A stretch of 62,591 nucleotides of DNA, filler included, from Nitrospinae bacterium RIFCSPLOWO2_12_FULL_45_22 (GTDB taxonomy: Bacteria > 2-12-FULL-45-22): assembly GCA_001803565.1 (NCBI GenBank). It is 5 parts of 5 records of this genome, joined end to end, with 100 filler letters (N's around TTAATTAATTAA, not from the genome) between each part and the next. Parts side by side here need not be neighbours in the genome. Positions count along the whole stretch, not along the records: positions 1 to 16,334 come from MHDQ01000025.1; 4 more parts are not named here. One strand, written 5' to 3'. The notes beneath the pieces are model-generated. The model made no database searches. It was not told where the DNA came from and saw nothing but the letters and a program-made list of their open reading frames with translations. The first letter of the stretch is position 1, and every line of letters begins with the position of its first letter. This document shows positions 1 through 9,845 of this stretch, one piece after another. The translations under genes and the position numbers were made by a program.

Positions 1-167
1 CAAGCAACGGTGCCACCCCGCATAAAGGTCTCATAGGTAGGAAACCAGGTTACATTTTTAAAGTGGTTCAGGCCGGCTTTAGCTAAAAGTTGTCCAATAG
101 TCAATACCCCCTGCCCGCCAAAACCGGCAATTACTAATTCAATCCTTGGAACTTTCTCATTACTCAT
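1..167 (-). CDS. 2-oxoacid:acceptor oxidoreductase gamma subunit, N-terminal part (runs off window)
   Basis: Manual translation MSNEKVPRIELVIAGFGGQGVLTIGQLLAKAG...WFPTYETFMRGGT with AGGAGG RBS; not in ORF track. Confidence 0.85.
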   Translation of the reverse strand, partial: MSNEKVPRIELVIAGFGGQGVLTIGQLLAKAGLNHFKNVTWFPTYETFMRGGTVA

Positions 168-191
168 ATCTGCCTCCTGTTTTATTTCCCA

Positions 192-407
192 TTATTTCTC
201 AGCTAACTTATAAATCTCTATAGCGAAGTCTGGACAGAGCTTAGCGCACGAAAGACAGCCTATACAGCATTCAGGGTCCTTAATAAAAGGGTACCTATAG
301 CCTTTTGAATTAAACTGCTCGCCTATGTCTAAGCATTCCTTGGGACAAAACGTCACACAATAACCACAGCCTTTACAATACTCGGTATTGATCACTACCT
401 CAAACAT
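192..407 (-). CDS. 2x[4Fe-4S] ferredoxin (oxidoreductase delta subunit)
   Basis: CKGCGYCVTFCP and CIGCLSCAKLCP motifs; directly upstream of the gamma subunit. Confidence 0.9.
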   Translation of the reverse strand: MFEVVINTEYCKGCGYCVTFCPKECLDIGEQFNSKGYRYPFIKDPECCIGCLSCAKLCPDFAIEIYKLAEK

Positions 408-705
408 CTTCTTTGTCCCTCCTTAATTTAGCTATAATCTCAGTAGGTTAAGGGGAATAAACTAACTCTGTTAATTTATCCTAAGCACATTTGGATGTCA
501 ATTTAAAACCTCTATGTGAATTGACAAGCTATGGGGGTATCGCTAAAATAGAGTAATTGTTTAGCCAACTAAATCTTTAAAAAAATGTAGCCACAAAAAA
601 GGCGCAAGAACGCAAAAACAAGATTAACCAGAAATCCTCTTGTACTCTCTGTGCATTTTTTGGGCTAAACTGTTACCAATAATCTCATTGCCCGGGGAGA
701 GAGAT

Positions 706-1623
706 ATGAGGCTATTGAGTTTTGGCCCTCCAGGTAGAGAGAGGGCCGGGCTGTTAGCAGGCGAAGATATTATTGATCTGAGGGCAGCTTCTCATAACCT
801 TTTTGCTGAACCGCTGCCAGCCGATTTAAGGGATATCCTGGCCCTACCGGATTGGTTTGAAAAGCTCCGGCATGTTTTTGCCTCGGTTTCTTTTTTATCC
901 CGAGAGGTCTTTTATGCCCAAAACGCTACCCGGATTGGAGCTCCCATACCCAACCCATCCAAGATTATTGCCCTCGGGGCTAATTATAAAGAGCACCTGG
1001 AAGAGACAAAGATGGATATAGAAACCCCTAAAACCCCTATCCTTTTCTCTAAGGCCCCTAGTAGTGTTAATGGCCCTTATGACGATATCCTCTATCCACC
1101 AGAAACCAGGGCCCTGGATTATGAGGTAGAGCTGGCAATAGTTATCGGCCGGCAGGGGAAAAGAATCAAGCCAGGAGAGGCTTATGAGTATATATCTGGT
1201 TATACCATCCTTAATGATATCTCTGCCCGCGATATCCAGATGGGCGGGCAAAAGGGGTTGGGGGATCAATGGTTCCGGGGAAAGAGCCTGGATACCTTTG
1301 CCCCTATGGGGCCCTGGATAGTGACGAAAGATGAGTTGCCAGAGCCGCATAATCTGAGGATAAGTTTAAAACTGAATGGTGAAATAAGGCAGGATAGTAA
1401 TACTGGCAAGCTTATCTTCAAGATACCAGAGATTGTAGCCTTTGTCTCCAGTGGAATAACCTTATTTCCCGGTGATATTATATCTACGGGAACACCTTCA
1501 GGTGTGGGGATGTTTTCCAACCCACCTCAGCTCCTTCAACCCTCGGATGTTATTAAGTCAGAGATAGAAGGGATTGGGTTTTTAGAAAATAAAATAGTCT
1601 CAGAGCAATCAAGGGAAGGGTGA
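706..1623 (+). CDS. Fumarylacetoacetate hydrolase family protein
   Basis: DYEVEL, NDISARD, GKSLDTF and TGTPSGVG motifs; ATG 706 preferred over TTG 640, which lies in a hairpin repeat. Confidence 0.9.
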   Translation: MRLLSFGPPGRERAGLLAGEDIIDLRAASHNLFAEPLPADLRDILALPDWFEKLRHVFASVSFLSREVFYAQNATRIGAPIPNPSKIIALGANYKEHLEETKMDIETPKTPILFSKAPSSVNGPYDDILYPPETRALDYEVELAIVIGRQGKRIKPGEAYEYISGYTILNDISARDIQMGGQKGLGDQWFRGKSLDTFAPMGPWIVTKDELPEPHNLRISLKLNGEIRQDSNTGKLIFKIPEIVAFVSSGITLFPGDIISTGTPSGVGMFSNPPQLLQPSDVIKSEIEGIGFLENKIVSEQSREG

Positions 1624-2753
1624 TGGTGAAAGAGGGATTTTCAGAGGAGAGAACTACGGCCAAAGTCAGCATACATAAGGCAGACTATCAGGTTATAGCC
1701 GACGTTATTCCTGAAGTCTTTGCGGAATTCCCTTTACCCTGGCAGGGCAAGCGGATACTGATAAAACCCAATATGTTGGGCCCTTTCCCGGTAAATAAGG
1801 GGGTTACTACCCATCCCGCACTGATAAAGTCGGTTGTTGAATATTTGCAATCCCAGAACCCAGCCGAAATAATAGTAGGAGACAACCCAGGCGCTATGGG
1901 TTATGGTGAGAATGAAAGATGTGCCCATCAGACTGGTATCCTGGAAGGGGCTCAAGGGTATTATCGCAACCTATCCAAGAATACTATAAAAAGAGAGGTA
2001 AAATCCACTTTTGTCAAGAGCCTGGTTATCTCCCGGGAGGTCTTAGAGAGTGACATAGTGATCAATCTTCCCAAATTTAAAACCCATCTCCAGACCCGTA
2101 TTACCGGGGCAGTAAAAAATATGTACGGCATCCTGGTGGGAGGGGAAAAGGCCCGACTCCATACCATAGCTACTGATCCAGAAGACTTTTCCAGGGCAGT
2201 AGTAGAAGTCTATAGAATACGGGTACCGGAATTGACCATTATGGATGCCGTGGTCGGGATGGAGGGGAACGGTCCTTCCAATGGTCACTTGCGAAATATA
2301 AACAGGATATTGGCTTCTAACAATGGTGTTGCCCTGGATGCTGTAATGGCTTATATGATGGGTGTAGCCCCACAGGAGATCAAGTATTTACAGATTGCCC
2401 AGACAGAAGGGCTGGGAGAAATAGACCTAGATAAAATAGAGATAAAGGGACCTTTAGAACAGATAAAGGGCTTTAAAATGCCCATAAGTTTTGGCAGCCG
2501 GGGCTTGTTAGGCACTATGATTAACAAATATTTCTATTCCTCTCTGGCCAAACCCCATCTTAAGGTTAAAGAGAAGCAATGTGAGCTCTGCCAGGTCTGT
2601 TTGCAGAGTTGTCCAGTAGGGGCACTAGAGCTGAAAAAATATCCTTCCGTCCGCAGGGATTTATGCATCTCGTGTTATTGCTGTTATGAGTTATGTCCCC
2701 AATCTGCTATTGACTTTACTGGATGGCAAAAGTTCATTAACCTGATATCGTAG
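1620..2753 (+). CDS. DUF362 family protein with C-terminal 4Fe-4S dicluster
   Basis: IKPN...TTHP, NLPKFKTH and GAVKN motifs; two CxxCxxCxxxCP at the C-terminus. Confidence 0.85.
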   Translation: MMVKEGFSEERTTAKVSIHKADYQVIADVIPEVFAEFPLPWQGKRILIKPNMLGPFPVNKGVTTHPALIKSVVEYLQSQNPAEIIVGDNPGAMGYGENERCAHQTGILEGAQGYYRNLSKNTIKREVKSTFVKSLVISREVLESDIVINLPKFKTHLQTRITGAVKNMYGILVGGEKARLHTIATDPEDFSRAVVEVYRIRVPELTIMDAVVGMEGNGPSNGHLRNINRILASNNGVALDAVMAYMMGVAPQEIKYLQIAQTEGLGEIDLDKIEIKGPLEQIKGFKMPISFGSRGLLGTMINKYFYSSLAKPHLKVKEKQCELCQVCLQSCPVGALELKKYPSVRRDLCISCYCCYELCPQSAIDFTGWQKFINLIS

Positions 2754-2844
2754 GGATTAAGGAAGATTTGTCTAAAGTTATAAGCTAAAGAGGCGATAAA
2801 TATAAGTAAGTGCTAAGTCGTAAATGCTTACCAGATAGCCGGAT

Positions 2845-3750
2845 ATGAACGGTGGGAGGAAGGGAATATTTATTTGTCTTGCCACGGCAACAATTTTGTC
2901 TTGTGCTGGGCCGAAAAAGGGTATAAAATATGAACCAGCAGAGAGCCTGGTGGAAATCCTTAGTGAATTTCAGAGGCAAATAACCTATGACTCTTACAGA
3001 TTCCCTACCCCTAAAGATTTAGCGGGGAGGAATATTTTTAAGGCTACTCTGGTCAAGCTGAATAACTATGAAAAGCTTTACCCTGGAAGATTCAAGCAAA
3101 TAATTGCCTTTAACAAAGCTAAATCCTGGGAAAGACTCCAGGACTACCGGCGGGCTATCAAGTACTATAAAGACGCAGAGCAGTATATGCCGCTTAAAAA
3201 AACAGCCCGGCAAAATATCCAAATATGTCAGGAATTTAATAATTTAAAAAAGCAATATGAAAAATTTCCAGGTAAGGAGCCAGAAGCGGTGTTAGCAAGA
3301 TTGGATAAAATGATAGATTCGTGGGAACCCCTTATTCGTAAATATATGGGCACACCCTATGAACCTCTGGCCAGAGAAGAACGGGAGCAACTAGAGTTTG
3401 CCCGGGTATTATTTCTTGAAAAAAACTGGTTCCACCGGTCAAAAGGCAAATTGCTTATACATAACAGTTATCGCTCTTTAATAAAGAAACATATAGAGAG
3501 TAAGAACATAAATCGCTATTTTATAAAATTTGGCGATTTCTATGCCCGTTTAGCCCATGAATATGCAGAAGAGTATGACCCCGAGAGTATTCATTTTAAC
3601 AGCAAAGATTTTGAAAGACTGGCTAATTATGCCTCAGAGTTGTATGAGGTGCCAGCTTCTAAAGACGGGATAGCAGAAAAAGTAGAGGCAAAAGGCAAAT
3701 TGGATGCCCTGAGTTCTTATATGAACTATGTTAAAGAACTGAATCAATAA
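2845..3750 (+). CDS. Hypothetical helical/TPR-like lipoprotein
   Basis: Lipobox ILSC after a hydrophobic stretch; TPR-like segment KAKSWERLQDYRRAIKYY. Confidence 0.6.
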   Translation: MNGGRKGIFICLATATILSCAGPKKGIKYEPAESLVEILSEFQRQITYDSYRFPTPKDLAGRNIFKATLVKLNNYEKLYPGRFKQIIAFNKAKSWERLQDYRRAIKYYKDAEQYMPLKKTARQNIQICQEFNNLKKQYEKFPGKEPEAVLARLDKMIDSWEPLIRKYMGTPYEPLAREEREQLEFARVLFLEKNWFHRSKGKLLIHNSYRSLIKKHIESKNINRYFIKFGDFYARLAHEYAEEYDPESIHFNSKDFERLANYASELYEVPASKDGIAEKVEAKGKLDALSSYMNYVKELNQ

Positions 3751-3866
3751 CCGAAATTATGCACCGCAAAAGCACAAAGTTCAGTAAGCAGTTAACTCCT
3801 CACGGCTCACTGCTTACTCCCCTCACTGTTCTTTGCGGTTATGATATAAACAGAAGGGAGGATCAA

Positions 3867-5930
3867 ATGCGGAAGTGGTCCTTTTTGCTGTTTGATCTCA
3901 TATTAATCTTATTAACTCTTCTGTTGCCCAATCTGTTGTGGTCTTTCTCGGGAAAAGACCTTGTTCAGAATAATAGCGCAATCAAGCCCTGCCCCCTTTC
4001 GGACGAAGAAGAGACTCTTTTGGCCTTAACCCTGGGCATCATCAATACCACTAATCAGATAGGATTTGAAGAGGCCAGGAAGCTTCTACGCGAAGACGAG
4101 GCTATTAAATTCGGCAAGCTATTTAATTTTTTCTTCTCCAGACTCAATTTTTGGAATGAATTAGACATTGAAGATATTGCCCTATTTCAGATAGGGCCCG
4201 CCTTCACCGCAAGCAAGAAAACCGTTGACCTGATAAGAGATTCCCAGGACTTGATCTCTGAATGGAGAGATATATCAACCCGGGAGAGGAAGGCCTTAGT
4301 CAAATATGAAACCTTCTTACGGAAATATCCGCACAGCAAATATGCCCCTGCGGTACAAAGGAAATTGCAAAAGTTAAAAGCTAAGAAGAGCCGCCATGAT
4401 TATCTTCTGGAGATGAAGCTGGCGAAGCAGGCCCTTAAGGCTGAGGATTTACCTCTGGCAAAGAGACACTATCAAACGGCCCTGAGACTATCACCTGCCA
4501 CCCATAAAGAAGTCTTAAAGGCCCTGTATAAGCTAGCAGAATTAGAAAGGGCCGATCGGGATAGAAAAAGAACCTTTGACCTGGTGAAGCCAGGGGGTGA
4601 AATATTTCTAAACCCAGGAGAAAAAGAGAACTATGAAGAACTCCTGGTCTCCCTCTCTCAACATGACACTGATACTCTCCTCGCGGCCAGCAATGAATTT
4701 GTTCAAAGACATAAAAGCAGCCCCTTAAAGGATGAGGCGGAGGTTTCTGTCGCACTGGCTTATGAGTTTAAGGACGATTTGTCACAAGCCAAGAAGGTCT
4801 TTAAGCAGGTAGGGAGAAAATATCCTGAGAGCAATATGGGGAGATATGCCCGACGCATCGCTGCTAACCCCCATTACGACTTATATGCCTCGGTAAAAAA
4901 AACCGTAAAAAACCGCCAAAAAGAAGCGATCAAATATGTCCTCTTAGGAGAAAATTCCAACCTGGCCTGGTTTCAAGAGGGAGTGACCGGATGGACAAAA
5001 CAGGCATACCATCTTAAAGAAAATCAGAAGCAAATCTCTTCGCCTAACCGGCTGATAAGTCGTGCCTTTGAGGTATTTGTACAGAAGAAAGTCCCTACCA
5101 ATCAAACTACTATCACTTTAGGAGAAGAGTATTTGAAAAAATATCCCCGTTCCAAACGGACGCCGGAGGTACGGAAAATAGTTGCCCGGGCTTATGAGGA
5201 GGAGAAACTTTATAATTCGGCCTTATTCCACTATAATTTGATTGGCAACGTACCAGGCAACAAGCTGAAAGAGTTAGAAGATAAAGCCGCTATAGACCTT
5301 CTACAGGGGGTTACACCGGATAAAAAAAACCTCTATTATGCTAATATCCTGGAATTATATCCCCACAGTGATGCGGCTCATCTCATCAGAAAATATACTA
5401 ATAATAAGGGTGCTGGTGGTGTTATCGGGCCAAAAGAAAAAACTGGCGGGATTAGTTTTGAGATTTCATCAGGCAGTTCCCCAATAATGCCCCTATTAGG
5501 AAGTAATTCCTGGCTGCTAAAAGCTAGAGATAATAGCTCTCTACCTGTTTCCCATCCATTATTAGGATTGAGCATGAACTTCGGGCGCAATTCTACTACC
5601 TCACCTGAGCAAGCGAATAGTCCTCAATTATTCGGACTTCCTTTGCACCTGAAAAAAGAATGGGTTAAAGAGGATGAATATTCTATGGGATACCAGTTGT
5701 GGGATGAAAAGCAGTTTGCTACTGGTAAACTCTCTTTAGAGCAGTGGGATGCGGTCGCCCAAATGGGGGTAAATAAAAAGGGCCCCAACACCCAGGTTCA
5801 TCTCCCGATACCCGTAATAAAAAATTTCATCCCCCTGGCCTTAAGAGTGCGTGCAAAGTTAGGAAGGGTGCAGTTCTTACCTGTCATGGAAGATATTGAA
5901 CTTGACGATGCCGCTTTATATCAGGATTAA
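3867..5930 (+). CDS. Exported TPR-repeat hypothetical protein
   Basis: GGAGG RBS before ATG 3867; hydrophobic N-terminus; repeated (K/L)YPxS motifs typical of BamD/CpoB-like TPRs. Confidence 0.6.
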   Translation: MRKWSFLLFDLILILLTLLLPNLLWSFSGKDLVQNNSAIKPCPLSDEEETLLALTLGIINTTNQIGFEEARKLLREDEAIKFGKLFNFFFSRLNFWNELDIEDIALFQIGPAFTASKKTVDLIRDSQDLISEWRDISTRERKALVKYETFLRKYPHSKYAPAVQRKLQKLKAKKSRHDYLLEMKLAKQALKAEDLPLAKRHYQTALRLSPATHKEVLKALYKLAELERADRDRKRTFDLVKPGGEIFLNPGEKENYEELLVSLSQHDTDTLLAASNEFVQRHKSSPLKDEAEVSVALAYEFKDDLSQAKKVFKQVGRKYPESNMGRYARRIAANPHYDLYASVKKTVKNRQKEAIKYVLLGENSNLAWFQEGVTGWTKQAYHLKENQKQISSPNRLISRAFEVFVQKKVPTNQTTITLGEEYLKKYPRSKRTPEVRKIVARAYEEEKLYNSALFHYNLIGNVPGNKLKELEDKAAIDLLQGVTPDKKNLYYANILELYPHSDAAHLIRKYTNNKGAGGVIGPKEKTGGISFEISSGSSPIMPLLGSNSWLLKARDNSSLPVSHPLLGLSMNFGRNSTTSPEQANSPQLFGLPLHLKKEWVKEDEYSMGYQLWDEKQFATGKLSLEQWDAVAQMGVNKKGPNTQVHLPIPVIKNFIPLALRVRAKLGRVQFLPVMEDIELDDAALYQD

Positions 5931-6145
5931 TGTCTGAACTTAGCCGGAAAATCTCCCTTCTTTCAAACATCCTTATTCCTCCCCATTTATCTTGATAGTA
6001 TAGGAATTTTCATTTTAATAATGCGGTTTTGTGGTAGTCGCAGGCTTTAGCCTGCGCTAATTTAACTTTGTCAGATTAAAGTATCTAGGTTCAGATATAA
6101 CCGCAAAGGACGCGAAGAATGACCAGGGAAAATGTTCCGGTTTTT

Positions 6146-6340
6146 GGCATCCTTCAAAAGTAGTTACCAGTTTGAGAAAAGGAAAATAGTTTTTTAACCC
6201 TTCACCGCAGAGAGCGCAGAGCCCGCGGAGAGGCCAGAGAGTTCTTTTCTATGTGATCTCTGCGTGCTTTGCGGTAAATTAGTAAAATAATCTTATCGAC
6301 TAAAAGTGTTAACTACTTTTTGGGCGAAATGAAGGATGCC
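6146..6340. mobile_element. MITE with GGCATCCTTCA terminal inverted repeats and 8-bp target duplication
   Basis: GGCATCCTTCA...TGAAGGATGCC flanked by CGGTTTTT at 6138-6145 and 6341-6348. Confidence 0.75.
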
Positions 6341-6562
6341 CGGTTTTTCCCTAAAACTTTTCAAACGGTTAGCCACAGAGTCACGGAGGACACAAAGTAG
6401 CAGCAGGGCCTTGCCCTGCCATAAGGGTAAAAGTTTTAAGTAGGGCGTTGCATGCAACGTCCTTACTCGCCACCTACCCTTCCTCTGGGTCCTCTGGGCC
6501 TCGGTGGCAATATTAATAGTTAATGTAACAATGTCAAACTAGCAGGATGATGGTCGCTGAGC

Positions 6563-7411
6563 ATGTCTAAATTTAAGCCCTATGTTGATTTTGCCGGGGT
6601 TATGAATATGGCCCATCGAGGCGGGGCGGGCCACGGCCCGGAAAATACCCTCCAGGCATTCCAGCAGGCATTAACCGAAGGGGCGCAGGTATTTGAGCTG
6701 GATGTACATCATACCCAGGATGGTTATATTGTTGTGCATCACGACCCGGATCTAGAAAGGACCGCTGGGGTCTCCTTAAAGATCAGTGAAACCCCTTTGA
6801 AAGTCTTGAAAACCTTTGATATCGCCCAACCCTTCCGGCGCTCTAATAATAACCCGCCCCCTCTTATATTCCAAGCCCTGCAACAAACTATAACCCTTCC
6901 TACCCTGGCAGAGGTCTTTGATGAGTTCCCCCATGCCCGAATAAATATAGATATAAAACCCAGGAAAGCTTTCCCGGTATTAGAATTAATCCGATTAATT
7001 GAAGAGAAGGGTATGACCGAGCGAGTGCTGGTAGTCTCCCAATATAGGAAATATCTACGAATTACCCGGAGGATAAACCCGCGGCTGGCTACGGGACTTT
7101 CTATGTCTGAAGTATTCTGCCTCAAATTCATCCCGTTTTACCGTCCAAAAGGCGATGCCTTACAGATCGGCTGGCTATATTATCTAAAAGGACTGATCGC
7201 TATCGGAAAAGTCACCCGGAGACTGGTGGCTAAAGCCCATAGAAAAGGCCTAAAGGTCCATGTCTTTATCACTGAGGGCAAAGCGGGTATGCCGCCAGAG
7301 GAGAGGATAGAAAAGGAAGCCGGAGATATTAAGAGGCTCTTAGATTTGGGGGTTGATGGAATAATAACCGATTACCCTTCCCTTCTAAAACAGATATTAG
7401 ATAATAAGTAA
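6563..7411 (+). CDS. Glycerophosphodiester phosphodiesterase
   Basis: AHRGG, PENT, ELDV, HD and GVDGIITDYP motifs. Confidence 0.92.
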   Translation: MSKFKPYVDFAGVMNMAHRGGAGHGPENTLQAFQQALTEGAQVFELDVHHTQDGYIVVHHDPDLERTAGVSLKISETPLKVLKTFDIAQPFRRSNNNPPPLIFQALQQTITLPTLAEVFDEFPHARINIDIKPRKAFPVLELIRLIEEKGMTERVLVVSQYRKYLRITRRINPRLATGLSMSEVFCLKFIPFYRPKGDALQIGWLYYLKGLIAIGKVTRRLVAKAHRKGLKVHVFITEGKAGMPPEERIEKEAGDIKRLLDLGVDGIITDYPSLLKQILDNK

Positions 7412-7583
7412 AATTTAGCCACCGAGACCGCAGAGAAAAGAGCTAAAAGTGGAAAGTGCAAGGTGTAAAGCTAAGGAATAATTCCATAGTTTTGCGCTTT
7501 TCGCTTTAAGCTTTGCAGTTTATCTCGGTACCTCGGTGGCTAAACAAATACTATAACAAGCATGATTACCACGGGATTGACGG

Positions 7584-8267
7584 ATGGCCAGAGAAAAGAT
7601 ACTGGTAGTAGAAGATGAAGAGGATATCCTGAATTTAGTTGATTATAACCTGCGCCAGGGAGGATTCCAGGTCATTCGGGCAGTAGATGGGGAAACAGCC
7701 CTGGCCCTGGCTAGACAAAAGCCCCCAGACCTCATCATCCTGGATTTGATGCTTCCGGGCATGGATGGGACCGAGGTATGTAAGACCTTAAAGCAGGAAG
7801 GTGCTACCCGGCGGATACCAATCATCATACTTAGCGCCAAAGGAGAAGAGATGGATCGGGTAATAGGACTGGAGCTAGGGGCGGCTGATTATGTAACTAA
7901 ACCCTTCAGCCCCAGAGAGTTAATCTTGAGGGTCAAAGCGGTCTTACAGCGGGGCCTCCCGGAGGAAGAAAACGAAATCCCAATTCAAGTAAGTGACTTA
8001 ACCATTAATATAGCTGAACACCAAGTCTACGTGAAGGGAAAACCGATCGAGCTCACGCATACGGAATTTAAACTCCTGGCATATCTGCTCAAGAATCGGG
8101 GACGGGTTCAGGACCGGGAGAGCCTCCTGGCTCACGTTTGGGGCTATGACTCGGTAGTATATGGCCGGACCGTAGATACCCATATACGCCGCCTCCGGGC
8201 CAAGATAGACCCCTTAGGAGAGTTCATTGAAACCATTCGCGGTGTGGGGTATCGGTTCAAAGAATGA
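7584..8267 (+). CDS. phoB: Phosphate regulon response regulator (OmpR family)
   Basis: REC domain plus wHTH (RTVDTHIRRLRAK, ETIRGVGY); coupled to a PhoR-like kinase in a pst context. Confidence 0.8.
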   Translation: MAREKILVVEDEEDILNLVDYNLRQGGFQVIRAVDGETALALARQKPPDLIILDLMLPGMDGTEVCKTLKQEGATRRIPIIILSAKGEEMDRVIGLELGAADYVTKPFSPRELILRVKAVLQRGLPEEENEIPIQVSDLTINIAEHQVYVKGKPIELTHTEFKLLAYLLKNRGRVQDRESLLAHVWGYDSVVYGRTVDTHIRRLRAKIDPLGEFIETIRGVGYRFKE

Positions 8268-9538
8268 CGGATTTATCATTAGTAATACCTCTGAGTATTA
8301 TCCTGGCATTAATTCTGGTTTACTGGTATCGTAAAACTTTCTATTTTCCTTTACAGAAACTCATCCTGTTTGCTCACCAGCTCTTAGCTGGTCAATATAA
8401 AACCCACCTGGATATCCCACCCAGTAGTAATGCGAGCATACGGGCCCTCGGCCAGTTACTGAATCAATTAGCCATTGAATGGGATAAAAAGAGTCAGGGG
8501 TTAATAACCGAAAAAGAACACCTGCTGGCAGTATTGCGGGGTATGGGAGAAGGGGTTATGGTTACCGATAAGCATGCCCGGATAATATTAATCAATCCTG
8601 CCTTTCGTAAGATATTTTCTGTCGAGGGACTTGTAGAGGGCAAAACCTCCCTCGAAATAATAAGGGATATAGGCCTTGAAGAAGGGATGGAAAGGGTTCT
8701 TCATGGTCAGGAGGAAAGAGTGACTTTAGAGATGAATCACTCATTCCCGCAGGAGAAGACCCTGGAAGTAAATATAACTTCGTTAGGGACAGAAACTGGT
8801 GGCAGTGGTATCCTGGCGGTTTTTCACGACATTACAGAACTTAAACGCCTGGAAGGGGCCCGGCGAGATTTTGTGGCCAATGTATCCCATGAGCTCCGTA
8901 CCCCCTTGACTTCTATTGTAGGATATACCGAGACCTTAATCGAAGGAACCCTTAACGACACCGAGACAGCCCAGAATTTTCTGATGATTATCCAAAAACA
9001 TGCCCAGAGACTGGCTGCGATAGTAGAAGATCTATTAACTATTTCCCAGATTGAGTCGCGTCAGCTAGACCTCACTTTCCAGCCCTTATCACTGGCCGAT
9101 TGTGCTCGAGAAGTACTGAATACTATAGAAAGGGCCTGTGAAGAGAAGGGATTAAAACTGGTTAATGCCTTATCTCCTGAGTTGCCTAAAGTAGGGGGAG
9201 ATAGGTACCGGATAGAACAAATCCTCCTTAATCTGTTAGATAATGCCGTGAAATATACTGCTAGCCCGGGTTCGATAACTATCTCCGCTAAACATAAGGG
9301 AGATATGGTTGAGGTAGCAATAACTGATACCGGCATCGGGATCCCGCAAAAGGACCTGAGCCGAATATTCGAGCGCTTCTATCGGGTAGATAAGGCCCGC
9401 TCCCGCAAGCTCGGTGGGACGGGATTGGGGCTATCTATCGTGAAGCACCTGGTACAGGCCCACAACGGAAAAGTGTGGGCAGAGAGTGAAGAAGGCCGCG
9501 GCTCGACCTTTTATTTCACCTTGCCTAAAGCTCCCTAA
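8264..9538 (+). CDS. phoR: Phosphate sensor histidine kinase (HAMP-PAS-HisKA-HATPase)
   Basis: RRDFVANVSHELRTPL and FERFYRVDKARSR...GGTGLGL. Confidence 0.85.
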   Translation: MTDLSLVIPLSIILALILVYWYRKTFYFPLQKLILFAHQLLAGQYKTHLDIPPSSNASIRALGQLLNQLAIEWDKKSQGLITEKEHLLAVLRGMGEGVMVTDKHARIILINPAFRKIFSVEGLVEGKTSLEIIRDIGLEEGMERVLHGQEERVTLEMNHSFPQEKTLEVNITSLGTETGGSGILAVFHDITELKRLEGARRDFVANVSHELRTPLTSIVGYTETLIEGTLNDTETAQNFLMIIQKHAQRLAAIVEDLLTISQIESRQLDLTFQPLSLADCAREVLNTIERACEEKGLKLVNALSPELPKVGGDRYRIEQILLNLLDNAVKYTASPGSITISAKHKGDMVEVAITDTGIGIPQKDLSRIFERFYRVDKARSRKLGGTGLGLSIVKHLVQAHNGKVWAESEEGRGSTFYFTLPKAP

Positions 9539-9654
9539 ACATTATATCTTTATCTCTTCCCCCGCATCTATACGGTAAGCCATTACCACAAAAGTAACAT
9601 ATCTCTGATACCTGGCAAATCCTTTTCTTGAAACCTCATCCCTCCCTACATTAT

Positions 9655-9692
9655 TTAACGGTATTGTAACATTCCGTTAAGGTGGTTGTAAC
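9655..9692 (+). promoter_or_regulatory. Pho-box-like 11-bp direct repeats upstream of the porin-pstS operon
   Basis: TTAAC/GTAAC/TTAAG/GTAAC at 9655, 9666, 9677 and 9688. Confidence 0.65.
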
Positions 9693-9845
9693 TTTATCGG
9701 GATAAGATTACTAGCCAGTATGAAGAAAAGTAGCGGAGAGGGAAAGGAGGTGAGGACAGAGTCTTGCGAGGTATCAGTAATATTAATTTTCGGGGTTATT
9801 AGGTTATCAGGAAGAATATGTTAACTGTTTTAGCTAAGGAGGTGT

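Noticed and set aside
3759-3866. N-terminal ORF extensions (also at 640, 44985, 52398, 54631, 56449)
   Set aside because: They run through hairpin repeats or intergenic DNA; downstream ATGs have a better RBS or match the family start
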